The notes under the pieces were generated by a model. The model was not told the origin of the DNA and made no database searches. It was given only the letters and a program-made list of their open reading frames with translations. 64,000 bases of DNA from Podarcis liolepis (lineage: Eukaryota), in the NCBI GenBank assembly GCA_965112155.1, contig OZ218099.1; one strand, 5' to 3'. The position numbers were made by a program, and so were the translations under genes. This document shows positions 36,985 through 48,715 of this stretch, one piece after another. The first letter of the stretch is position 1, and every line of letters starts with the position of its first letter.

Positions 36985-37417
36985 CTGAAAAGGAAAGTCT
37001 AATTTGGTATGAACAGCAAAAACAGAGGACAAAGCATGAGGAGAAAGTGCCCCCCCAGTGATTCAAGAATAAATGAGGGTCTCATTCTGAAGTTTTTGCA
37101 AATTTCAGCTGTTTCAGCCTAAAATGTCAAACTCGGTCACTAAGTAGCTATGGTGAATGTAAAACAACAGCTTCAGGTCTGTGTTCTCCTCAAGCGGCAC
37201 CGTAAGCCACAGGAACCGAGTGCAGTGCTGATGCGACAAGAGTGAACGTGTGGGCATGTGGCACAGAAGTAGGAAAATGGCCAGTGTTTTCCAAGAAAGC
37301 ATCAGTAGCAGAACTAGGGCACAGGACAAACAAGGATAAGGTGATAACATTGCTCTAACACACCTCCCAATAATGATCCCTAGTTGGAATGTGGGGTCAG
37401 GAACAGAACACATTTGC

Positions 37418-37506
37418 AGCGCAGTCCTAACCATGCCTGCTCAGAAACAAGCCACACTGAATTCAATGGGGCTTAGTCCCAAGTAAGTGGGGTTAGTACT
37501 GTAGTC
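37418..37506. mobile_element. ~90-bp palindromic MITE, copy
   Basis: gcgcagtcctaacc...ggttagtactgtagtc|TTA; internal motif shared with the family. Confidence 0.55.
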
Positions 37507-37896
37507 TTAATTACTAATCTTTACTGGGAGAGTATCAACACTGCTATCAGAAAAGGTCATTTGGTCAGACACAATGCACACATTCAGGCTCTGCGTGTGA
37601 ACCAGCAATCCTGTTGCTTGGGGAGGTAGGCGCTGTTCCAACTTTAAATCGACTACCTTGTCAGCCTTGAGAATGAAGATCTGCTGTTTAAACAGGAATG
37701 TTTGGTTTCTAGCAAAATGCCTGAAAGACTTCCGAACCACCAAAAGCCTTTTGGGAGAATTTGGTGCAATGGTAAGCATTCCTCTGCACGGGAGGTGGGG
37801 CGTGTGTCCATGGATTGCATGCCATTGTGCTACTCCTGCCATGATACTCTTGTTTACCTGTGTGTGTCATCCGCTTTACTGCAAAGCCATCCTATT

Positions 37897-38070
37897 ATAG
37901 GAGGCGGTCTTCTACTAAGCCAGTTCATTAGGTCCACCTACCTCAGTATCACCAACACTGACTAGCAGCAGCAGGTTCTCTATGGATTCAGACAGCCCAG
38001 CCTGGAGATGCTGGAAGTTGCACCTGGGACCTTTTGCATCCAAAGAATGTGCTCTACCCCTGAACCCCGT
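37897..38070 (-). mobile_element. Old tRNA-derived squamate SINE (Squam2-like, tentative)
   Basis: cctggagatgctgg...cctgggaccttttgcat...tgctctacc shared with the 3330 and ~35240-35370 copies. Confidence 0.6.
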
Positions 38071-38336
38071 TGCAGTTTTGCTAGGTGTGTGGGGTGCATT
38101 GCAAGGGAGTGGCAGGAAGAGGGCGCTGTCCCCACTAGAGGACACCAGCTGCTTACTAAGATCAGTAGAACATTCCATGCCCTGCCATCCTGTGCTCAAA
38201 GACATTTATCCAGAAACTTAGTAATGGGGCAAATCCGCCTCTGGAGATTATTCTTTTTTCAGTCCTTTACCCACCTCTATCCTATCATTGCACCACAGTC
38301 TTAAAACCCATAACCAGACCATTCTTCAGCACAAAC

Positions 38337-38576
38337 CTTGTGCAGCTCAAGAGGGGTGGGAGACATGATTTCTTGGATCTCTTCCTTCATCATCTTAATC
38401 TCCAAATTCCTGTCATTTTTCTTGGTGGGAGTGACGTTGGCATTGCCCTTCCCTTCACCTGAGCTCTTGGTGTTCCCTTTCCTTGGTGGGCTCAGTCCTG
38501 ATTGGTTGACAGAGTTCATGAGCAACTTGCCCCCGTCAAGGTCTAGATTGTGTACACTCCCTGTCATGATGGATGC
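38337..38576 (-). CDS. GRIP2: GRIP2 exon (linker before PDZ7): ASIMTGSVHNL...KEEIQEIMSPTPLELHK
   Basis: TAG/GTTTGT, 240 nt, phase 0/0; both ends (ASIMTG, PTPLELHK) match recalled GRIP sequences. Confidence 0.92.
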
Positions 38577-40261
38577 CTATGGAGGGGTAAGTAAAAAAAC
38601 AACCACACACACACACAGAGAACACAGTAAGCTCGGTGCAAGAAGCAGCATGAACAGTAAGGTTCAAGGCAAGATGGATGTCCCAACTCCTGCACCCTCT
38701 GCTCTAGAACCTCCCACCCAAACAAACGCTGGCAAGACAAAGTTCAGAGAGAGAACAGGGTGCCATCGCTCAAGGATGATTCAGGACTCCCATTACTATG
38801 GGATGCTGCCAAATTGCAAAGCCTGCTCAGGATTCACCATGAGTTCACTTGAATTGGCATATATGAGAAATGCCAGCCCCCATGGACAACAAAATTTTGG
38901 CCGTGCACTTGCAATTTATGGGAACTGGCCACAGCACCACAATATCATGGCAAGACTTACTGCCCTATTATGATTCTTCTTTTGGCCAATGCTAGATGCA
39001 CACCATAGAAACAGATTTGCTCTTTCTATGTGCACTTTTGTACTTGTCCATCCATCCATAAGCATTCTCAACTGAATGCTATCTCAGTGTTTCCCATCCA
39101 TGCTAGTGGGTGGTGCTTGGTGGGATGAATTCGCAGTGTGTGTTGTTGTTCCCTCACCTCCATTAATACTTCCACGCCCTCCCAGAGTTCTGGAAACATG
39201 AGGCCCATTGTGGACGTGCACAAAATTATTTGTTTACCTGCATGTGTGGCCATTAACAAAAATTGTTACAAGTTTTCATATACATCAGATTTGCACAAAA
39301 GAGTAGGTTAAAAAAAGAAGAAGTTGAATTTTGAGCCCCACCAGCAACTCACCCTCTCTGAGTTTGAAAAACCTGAGGTCCATATTGGACATGCAGGCAG
39401 GTATTTGTTTACTTGTACCTGTCACCCTTTTATAAATTTTGTTTTTGAGATCCAAGTTTTCTGATATACCAGACTTGCACAAAACAGTGGGTTAAGAACA
39501 AATGAAGTGTGTGTCATGACAGATCCATCAACAGCAAACCGAGGAGCACCTCACCGACAGAAGTAGAGGGGTCAGGTGATAGATGACACCCAGAAAAGTC
39601 ACCAGGCACATGAAAGATTCAACCCACCTCCATCATGTGCTTCAGTATGTCCACAGTTGGGCAATAAGCAATTTTATGTAGGATTTTTGTTTCCTTACTG
39701 CATTATTGGGAAAATCTGAACTAAACAGGGGAAGTGCCACTTAGATGGGGACAATGTTATGTGTTCAATGCAATAAACATTTAATCCACTTTAAACTGCT
39801 ATGTGTACCTAGCCTTACACATGGATGATAATTTGACCGCTTCAAGCACTTGAAATGCAGGAGCCATGCTTCTGACAAACAGAAAAAGGATGAAAATCCC
39901 AATTTTCTGCTTGGGAGAGCAGTGCTAGTTTGGATTAGGCTGGCAAAGGCTAATATAGATTTTGGGGAAAACAGGTCTAACCTTCCTGTGTGCCTGTACC
40001 CTTGTAATACCTGCTCAACCTGCTCAAGATGTGTACTATAAGCTTCTAGTGATATTACCTTGAAAGGAAGCACACTTTTTAAAGGGTGACACTCTGACTA
40101 CGCAGGGAAGGGGGAATATAGAGCGCTCTGTTCACCCTGCCATTAGCTCCATCTCCCCTCAATCACAACCAGAAAGACGCAGCTCAAGAAGAACCAAGAG
40201 AGGGGAACTTACTAGAAGTGGTACAGCTAGACACCCCTTCTGCTTTCAAAGGTTAATTTAC

Positions 40262-40382
40262 CTCAATCTCCCTCAAAAGCTCAGACTGGCCGCATGTTTC
40301 CAAGTCCTCCAAAGCTTCTCCAAAAACACGCCAAAAATTATCCTCATGTGCGGTCTCAAGGCCATTTTGGCGGTTGGGATAT
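40262..40382 (-). CDS. GRIP2: GRIP2 exon (PDZ6-7 linker): (R)[40 protein letters not shown]
   Basis: CAG/GTAAAT, 121 nt, phase 2 to 0; [23 protein letters not shown] is GRIP2-type. Confidence 0.93.
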
Positions 40383-41252
40383 CTGTTGTAACGTAGGAAC
40401 CAAAGATTGTCAGCACTCTTCTGGAGCAGGGTGGAAGCCGCAAGGCTACAGCAAGTGGCTCGCCAGTAAAAGCAGAGACTTGGCAGAGTCTTCATATACA
40501 AAAGCAAACAATATGAACTTTTCAGGCAAGAGAGAGTCCAAATACAAAACCTCCATGCACTTTCACTAACAGGGCAAAAGTCCTTCAAGAGGAAGAATTA
40601 CACTGGTGTAGTAATGCCACGTTCAAAAGGGTAAAATAAAAAGTGCCTGTAGGAAGATTGTAGGTTTAGGAAGACGTTTTGGTGAAATAGAGAAGTAAAA
40701 GAAAAAAAGGATGCATTATGGGTAAACCAGGAGCCTCAGAGACTGTTAGTACAAAGGCGGATGGGACAGAGTTCAGATCTGAGACACAGAACACCTGAGA
40801 AGAGAGAGAAAAACACAGAGGGTAACAGACGTGGTGAGAAAATGAGAAATACATCAGGTATCTGTGGGAGTATATAATGTAAAAAATGATGTATATAAAA
40901 TGGCTTCCCCTAGACTAGGCAAGCAATTTAAACACTAAATGCAGAAATATACAGAGGGTTCAACAGGACCTATATCTCTCATTTGCGCTGGTCTGTAGTT
41001 ATACTTTCAATAAATCTAAATGCTAATCTATTCTGCTGCCCCTGCTCATTATATACTTCTCCCTTGAAGAAGTAGAGAGGTTTGTGCTTGCTGATATCCA
41101 CACCACCCTCTCTTTTTGGGGTAAAAAGGGGGCAAAACAGTCCTTTCCCCCTGTATATAAGAGTCAGTTCCCCACGTTCCACCCCATGCTTTAAACATTC
41201 AACCACACTCCTGGGAAACCCAGATATATTGAACTCAGTTTGGGGCTCCACT

Positions 41253-41385
41253 CAGTGGCGGAGAGAAGGCAGGGGCGGGGCTGGCACGCGTCCTGGGGGC
41301 AGGGGGGCAGCTGCGATGGCACCCCACCGGGATCACACTGCCAGGGGCGGTGCGCTCCCCCCGCACTCCTCTTCCTCTGCCAGTG
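41253..41385. mobile_element. GC-rich 133-bp non-autonomous DNA transposon (hAT-type)
   Basis: TIRs CAGTGGCGGAG / CTCTGCCAGTG; perfect 8-bp TSD GCTCCACT (41245-41252, 41386-41393). Confidence 0.85.
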
Positions 41386-42493
41386 GCTCCACTGAGTGAA
41401 GCAGGCTTGAGTTTCAAATGGCTCCATTCACTTGAGACAAGAAGTGGGTGAGCCTACTGGTGTGCCACCTTACTTTCTGTGATTCGTTGCCATTTCTTCC
41501 CTTGAGGGAAAACCAAACCGCTGCACTTAGTGCCACTGCGGTATGGAAGGTGAAGTCTGTTCTCCAACCCTGACACTGAATGGCCTGACAGGAAGACCAC
41601 AGAGCAGTGCAATGCCTCTCTCCACACACAAATAAGCTATTCTCGCAATGGGCATTTTGATAGGTTATTATCATTCGTCGGCACTTAAAAAATGGCTAAG
41701 TGCATAACTGCGACGCCTGCTTCTCATTTGCGTGGACATTTCCATGTCACTTCTTAGATCGCTAAAGGGAGAGCAGCAATTAAAAATGAACTAAAGTCAT
41801 ATGAAATGGTTTTGGAAATTCATGCCAAGGAAATGATTATTGTTTTAATGAATCAACACTACAAAGAACTGTGATACAAACAGAGGGAATGTTGAGTTGA
41901 AGGTTCGTGTTTTTAATTTTATGCAGTTGCCTTCTTCCATCCTCGCCCACTTTCCCTTATCCATTGGACAGAGTCTTGTTTGGACCAAGACTGACTTTGT
42001 TTTCACAGCTGCTTGCCAACCCAGATGTAGCCAGCACTTCAGAATTCCATCACAAACCACAGCAACTCAGGTAACCCAACGGAATGGCAAGGAGTCTAAG
42101 GTCAAAGCAACCTGCAAGGTCTGTGGTTGGGCAGCCTTTGATGAACTGCTGAGGTGTGGAAGACAGCAGAGTGATGAGCAGTTAGGCCATTTGCAGGTGG
42201 CAGATTCCTGAGTTATCACAGCAAACTGATTCGGGTCACTTGGCACCCACGAGCCATATGAGGACTATGCCAATCCCTTCTAGTTCAAACTGGAAAATTA
42301 GTGGGATTAGTTCAGGCTGCATAGGCCACTCAAAACCTTATGGAATTGGTACCTCTCCCCTCGCCCTCCATTCCCATGTAATACTTGCTAATTTGAACCC
42401 TGGGCTTCATCCAAACACACACTTACAGATGTCTAACATGCTGCACCTTAGTATTATTTTAACCCCATTTTACGTGTGCGTGTGTGTACGTAC

Positions 42494-42524
<31 letters not shown>

Positions 42525-43262
42525 GCTCTTCCAACAACATTAGTGCATAGATCAGATTCCAGATCTGCAATACTGGATTCCTGCTCATGTAAAAACGTTG
42601 CACCAGTGAAAAAGGAACTTAGAAATGACTTTTTGGTGACAACATCACCAGGACACACTTTTGCATGTAATCTTGTATACCTACTGGTAATCAGACAAAC
42701 AGAATAGATAGGATAGAGATAAAAATCAGCGTCATGTATAAGCATCCACCCTAGATTGCTTTCCTATATGGCCTTACACATACCTAGCAGATATGGACTG
42801 CCATTGAGTCAACACCCAAAAGACCAAATGTGGGCCACACATTAAAGGTTTTTTAAATTTCTCTCCATCGCTTGAACGCCATTGTTAAGATGACACCCCG
42901 CTGTAATGAAACTTAAGCCTGGGCGTTCAGAAAAGGTGAAACGCCGACTTCTAAATGCCAGCATTATTTCATTCCAATTAGAAATCCAACTTAATAAAAT
43001 GACCACTCCTCAGACTAGCCCAGCATTCCACTTGCAGTTCCATTTCTTCTCTAAAAACACAGGCGAGGCCTGAGCTCTCTGTACGACATGTCCCTTTTGT
43101 AATGTGGACGAATAAATAGATCTGAATGTTTTCATGTCAAATTCCTTCAGGAATAGTTGAAGCTGACATTGACCCCTTCCTTTGGGAGGAAGGATGGGAG
43201 ACAAATCGAACGGAGTCAGGTAAGACATGTAGGCATGCCTCGTCCTTGAGATCCATATGAAT

Positions 43263-43264
<2 letters not shown>

Positions 43265-43307
<43 letters not shown>
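43265..43307. repeat. (AC)n microsatellite ~35 nt downstream of a GRIP2 donor site
   Basis: Seen directly; other (CA)/(TG) tracts at ~33049, 42496, 52274 and 62117. Confidence 0.97.
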
Positions 43308-43308
<1 letters not shown>

Positions 43309-43342
43309 CCTTCTCCCTCGTTTTCTTACAAGCCTCACATAC

Positions 43343-43496
43343 CTGCTGGGCTTCTCCCAGTCATCTTCACTGAAACTGCCATCCATAAAGGGGTAACTCT
43401 TCCTGGGATCACCAGGAGGGGTACTGTTCTTCTGTCTGCTGGATCTCCATTCATGTGGGTGAAGCGCAATGCCAACAGCTTGAGGCAAGTATGTAC
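43343..43496 (-). CDS. GRIP2: GRIP2 exon (PDZ6-7 linker): (G)TYLPQAVGIALHPHEWRSSRQKNSTPPGDPRKSYPFMDGSFSEDDWEKPS(R)
   Basis: Pyrimidine tract + CAGTAG tandem acceptor, GTATGT donor, 154 nt, phase 1 to 2, compatible with both neighbours. Confidence 0.88.
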
Positions 43497-43905
43497 CTAC
43501 TGGGATCCGATGGGGAGCAGAGAGACAGACAGGAAGGATCAGGTCGTTTTTACATGGCTACATTGAGGAAAGACAATCTTATGGTTAAGTTAGCTGGATG
43601 GGAAGTCTGTCTCCCATTTCTAGTTCTGCAGTAGACATCCTATATGTCTAGGGGGGATTTTCATAGTGCAACCAGATGGACAAAGCGCCCTGCTTTGTCC
43701 ATTTGCTGGTGAGGTTTGAATCCAAACCACACCTGTAAATGGACGTTGAAGGGGCTCGCTGTAACTACTGACCCCATGGCAATGTTCGCTTGTGTGAACC
43801 TTTATCCCCTCAGATATAAATGTATGAACTGGCCCTCAGCAATTCAAAATGGAGTTGGGAGAGAGGAGACAAACTTATGCATTCGCACATTAAAGGCCGA
43901 CTCAC

Positions 43906-44082
43906 CCTGACTTCCATAACCAGCATCAATGCCAGAACCGTCCCAGGATTCCATTGCACTGTCCACACTGGGGATTGTGGTGGAATAAATCTCAGAGAGT
44001 TTGCTAGTTTTCTGGGAATCAGTCAGGTCATCTTCTGGGTCGCTCACTTCATTTATACTCCCAGACTGTTTCGGGTAAGTCC
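43906..44082 (-). CDS. GRIP2: GRIP2 exon: (R)TYPKQSGSINEVSDPEDDLTDSQKTSKLSEIYSTTIPSVDSAMESWDGSGIDAGYGSQ(G)
   Basis: CAG/GTGAGT, 177 nt, phase 1/1; PSVDSAxESWD GRIP motif. Confidence 0.93.
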
Positions 44083-44183
44083 CTGGGGTCAAAATAAAGA
44101 TGCACAGGTATGCACAAAATGTTAGAGGCATTTCTGTGAAGCTCACCTGCTCTCTTTCTGTCATGCTATAATCACCAGCTAAT

Positions 44184-44532
44184 GGGTGGCGCTGTGGTCT
44201 AAACCACAGAGCCTAGGGCTTGCCGATCAGAAGGTTGGCAGTTTGAATCTCCACGACGGAGTGATCTCCGGTGGCTCGGTCCCTGCTCCTGCCAACCTAG
44301 CAGTACGAAAGCACTTCAAAGTGCAAGTAGATAAATAGGTACCGCTCTGGCGGGAAGGTAAACGGCATTTCCGTGCACTGTTCTGGTTCACCAGAAGTGG
44401 CTTAGTCATGCTGGCCACATGACCCGGAAGCTGTACACCAACTCCCTTGGCCAGTAAAGCGAGATGAGTGCCGCAACCCCAGAGACGTCTGCGACTGGAC
44501 CTAACGGTCAGGGGTCCCTTTACTTTTACCTT
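44184..44532 (+). mobile_element. Sauria SINE (Squam1), near full length
   Basis: Head gggtggcgctgtggtctaaaccacagagcc, B-box-like gtttgaatc, tail ggggtccctttacttttacctt. Confidence 0.92.
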
Positions 44533-45570
44533 AATGGTTGGTAAGTCTCACATCAGGTTGCAGGCCCAATGTTGTGTTTTCCAGAAGATGTAGTGTCTGG
44601 TGTGGAGAACACTGATGATGCCTTAGCCCTATAGCAAGGGGGTGCTGCCCTTCTTTCCCCTTCATCTTGTAAGCCTTTTTGACCCATGGCAGCTGCAAGT
44701 TGCACCAACCAAATGTGAAATTAAGAGTGGGGGAGCGGCTTTCCAGGCATAAAAACCACACAGATCACGACTACTGCCAGCATGTGATCTTAAGTGCATC
44801 TGCTTGCAAGTAGGTTCAGTGAAATCAAGTAAAAAGACTTATTTCCAAGTAAGTGGCTTTTCTGATTTAGTGATTGTAAAGTGATTTATTCTTTACTCAA
44901 CACTTAAAACCACCATCACCTTGACAATTTTCTCTTTCACCTTAGAACATCTCCTGAGATAAAGACTGTACTTTAAAGAAAGGGGGGAGCCCACTATAGT
45001 CTCCCCAAATTAGGATGGGTTAAATTGCTTATGATGGAGTACTTGAGATGGCTGTGGAATTCCAATTTCAAATAGCTCAGGCTTAGAATGATTGATAGGA
45101 ATTCACTCTCCTCAGTTCATTTTGACTCATGTGTCATACGCAGAAAGTGCTCCAAAGAGCTTCTGTGAGTAAAAATATCATTATGACTGCTGGATGAGCT
45201 GTGCCAGCTATATCCTCTCTTGGGGAAAGCTCTGCGAAAGACTATTAACGTGTTTCACACCATAATAGCTAATGGTTGAGAGGTACAGAGATCATCTCTG
45301 GACTGTGAGAGCCGTTGGGGGATGGTGATTCCCAAACTCAGCTACGGTTGGGTCTCTGTGTGAAAGAAACTGCAGTTTTTTAGGATGATGGAGTGAGCAG
45401 GAATGAGAGCACTGACATGAGATTGGAAGGCACGCTGGAGAGCATGAAGGGATGGAGGAGAAATTCAATTTAGTTTGCATTTTAATAAGTCACTACCTAA
45501 TGTGCACCTCTTAAGAAGAGAAATTGGACTAAATGGCCCTTGAGGTCCCTTCCGACCCTACAATTCTATG

Positions 45571-45922
45571 AAATGTGCAAATCAAAGCACACCTATCCTT
45601 TGAAATTTGCACTTCTCCGAATTTTGCAACGCAATTCTCCATCCCAAACAATGTGTAGAATATATGTTAGGGGAAAGAATGCATTAAAATGCATATATTA
45701 ATAAAGAGATACAAAAATGCATCATATTAGGGAAAATTGCTTTCAAAAACGTGTACATTAGTCAAAACTGCATACAAAAAGATGTATTTATTAGGAGAAA
45801 TTCTGATAAATTTTCATAGGGATTAAAAAAACAATAATTGCAAATTGCTGCAGAAACATGGCAAACTGAATTTAAGATTAAAATAATGAGAAAGTGAAAT
45901 TGACAGATTTGACCATCCTTAG
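45571..45922. mobile_element. AT-rich interspersed repeat, probably a DNA-transposon remnant, preceded by a CR1-tail fragment (45524-45571)
   Basis: Internally repetitive tgcat/tagggga motifs ending in catcctta; family not confirmed. Confidence 0.4.
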
Positions 45923-47537
45923 GTGCAGGTATTTCTCTCTGGGAGTCTGAGGTGACCCACCTGTCAGGAGTTGATCAACTCCACACATGGCTTTACTTTT
46001 ATAGTTGTAAAATTAAATATTTTTAGAAACACCACAAGTCTCAAGTTTGGTCTCCTCCAAAAGCAAGTCAAACCTGAAAAGTGCTGCCTCTGCAACCTCT
46101 TGAGGAAGTTCCACAGCAGAAGAGTGTTTTTAAAGCACAACGATTTTAGTGGTAGCTTCTGCTTCCAGCAGAAACTGGGAACTACCTCTCTCCTCAAACA
46201 CTTCAATTCCCCCCTCCCCAGTTGGCTCTAGGCAGGTCACAGGTCTTTTGAAGAAAAGAAAAAAGTGAGTGAGACTGGAGAGAAGTACAATAACGTATTG
46301 CAGTTGTCTTTGTTTATGGATGTCAGTACAACTCCTTGCAGCAGGAAAGAGACTTAAAGGAGATCAGAGGTGAGGGAGGTGTTTTATCTCTGCCAGAGTA
46401 AAAAGTGCTAAGAAAGCAAGAGGAAAAACTACACTCTGAGCAAGTAGGAGATCTAATTTATCAGTGGCTAGGAAGGAAAGTAGGAGGGACTGCACCCGGA
46501 ATATCCTCTGTGTTCATGAAGAGCTGAAAGACTGAATCAGAGTGGGAGGAAAATGGATGTGATTGAAATCTAATGGTCCCTTCAAGCATGAAAATTAAAT
46601 TGCATGGTTACACTGTCAAGTTGTCTTCATTAAAAGCAAAGAACAGAAGGACAGAGGCCTATTTCTCAATTTTACACATGAACATCAGTCAGGACTTTAA
46701 AGTGAACTTCAGCCCTTTCAAGACACTGGCTGAGCTCCTTAGTTTGGCAGGCAAGGTTGCTGCTGCATCAGAATTTCAAAAGTAAGGGACTCTGCAGAGA
46801 CACAGAGTCTGATGTGAGATGCTTGACTGACAGGTGGTTGGCAGTGAAGGATGCCGATTAAGTTTTCCCCCAATTGGCTTTTCAGCAATTCTTTCAGAAA
46901 CTTAATGCTGTGTCAAAGTGGGGCTGCTCGAACAGTGTTAAGGAAGGAGAGGAGAAATAAAAATCACTTTCCACATTGGCAGGTCTGAAGATGTTTTTCA
47001 AAGGGAAGCAGACAGCTCAAAATCTAGTCAGCTTCTTAAACAGATTCTCAAGTGGGTGCTTGAGATTATACCTGTCAATGGAGTCACCTATTGATCTTGG
47101 TGCTTTCGCCTCCTTCTCCTTGTTTTAAAGAAGTCTCCCAAGGAAACTAACACATTTCCCCACAATTCAGTAGTCCAACACAACAGGGGTATTAACAGGA
47201 ATAGAATTAAAGGGAACAGCAGTTTAATAATGTAGACAGAGGATGCAATCATTATACAGTGCATGTATGCCTTGACCTCATATATTTTTAAAGATCCCCC
47301 CAACATCCTGATGTCACGCATACGACATCATGCACCATGTGACATCGCCTCCCCCCAATTCTTCTTCAGAAGCTGGTGCCTCTGAGCAGAGCAATACATT
47401 TGGCACCAACTTGGCTGCCAGAAGGAGGCGTACAAGGCGCCATCCAATCTCTTAGGGACTCCACTCCGGATTTGTGTAGGGTTTACTTCTTAGCCTTTTT
47501 CTTCTCCCAAAGATATCTTGCAAGGCAATGAAGGTTT

Positions 47538-48620
47538 GGGTCCTAAGGCTTTATGGGTCAAAACCAGTACTTTGAATACAGCCTGGAAACTAATCATAGC
47601 CAGTGCAGTCAGGACAGAACTGGTGTTACATGTTTGGACCACTCTGCCTCAGTTAACAGTCTGGCCTCTGAATTCTGCACCAGCTGCAGTCTCCAAATTG
47701 TCTTAAAAGGCAGCCCCATGCATTGATGTAATCCAGCCTTGAGGTTACCAGAGCATAGAAAGCAGACTTGGCTGCCCAGTTGAGCCTCAAGCAACAGTAA
47801 TGGATCCAGAAGTATCCTCAAGCTATAGGATCTACCTGCTCCTTCAGAGGGAGTGCAACAACATCTAGAGCAGGTTACATCCCATCCATCTGGTTTAGGG
47901 AACCACCCACTAACACAGCCTTTCTCAACCTGTGCTTCCCCAGATGTTGAACTACAACTCCCATCACCCCTAGCTAGCAAGGCTCAGGGATGATGGGAGT
48001 TGTAGTCCAACAACATCTGGGGACCCACAGGTTGAGAACTGCTGCACTAACAGGACCTCAGTCTTGTCTGATTAAGCTTCAGTTTATTGGCTCTCATCCA
48101 ATCCATTACCGAGGCAAGACATTGATCTAGCACACCCACTGCCTCACCTGAAGATGTATAGGAGAAGCAGAGATGTGTGTCGCCAGCAAATTGCTAACCA
48201 TGTACTCCAAAACTCGAGATGACCCCATTAAGCAATTTCATGTAGAGGCTGAATAGCATGGGAGATAACACAGAACTCTCCAGAAGCTGACACAGAAAGG
48301 CTCCATGAGGCCAAACAATATTCCTCAAGGATAACCCCATGAAAACAGCCATCCAAGTGGGACTGGAATCATCACAGTGGTGGTGCCCACTCTCAATTTG
48401 GACAGCTACTCCAGAAGAAGACAATTGTTAATGGTATCAAAAGCCACTGAGAAATCAAGGATAATAAAACAGGGACACATTCCCACTGCGGCTCTTCCAA
48501 CAAAGGGCCACCAAGGCAATGTCTGCACCAAAAGCAGGCCTAAACCCAAATCGAAATACATCTGGGAAAACCAGTGTCATCCAAGAGAGTCTGGATTTGG
48601 CCAGTGACTGCCCAAGAACC
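47538..48620 (-). mobile_element. Degenerate L2-clade LINE reverse-transcriptase/3' region
   Basis: Minus-strand peptides SVLSPMLFSLYMK and GLPFKTIWRLQLVQNSEARLLT...HVTPVL are typical L2 ORF2 motifs; frameshifted. Confidence 0.8.
47916..48044. mobile_element. 129-bp fold-back hAT MITE nested in the L2
   Basis: TIRs CAGCCTTTCTCAACCT / AGGTTGAGAACTGCTG; inner ACTACAACTCCCATCA / TGATGGGAGTTGTAGT; perfect TSD CACTAACA (47908-47915, 48045-48052). Confidence 0.92.
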
Positions 48621-48715
48621 TTGTCCAAGAAGTGGAGATTGCTATATTGATCTGTACTGATTTTGGCTCCAGGTGTGCCAGATGAAACACACAGATTTTT
48701 AGAATGAGGACTTAC

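Noticed and set aside
38338-38973. 211-aa + strand ORF (likewise 62433-62882)
   Set aside because: Antisense shadow of GRIP2 exons running into intron; no independent support
47384-47530. CpG-retaining segment adjoining the L2, resembling an interspersed repeat
   Set aside because: No second copy, TIR or TSD in the window, so it cannot be classified from sequence alone
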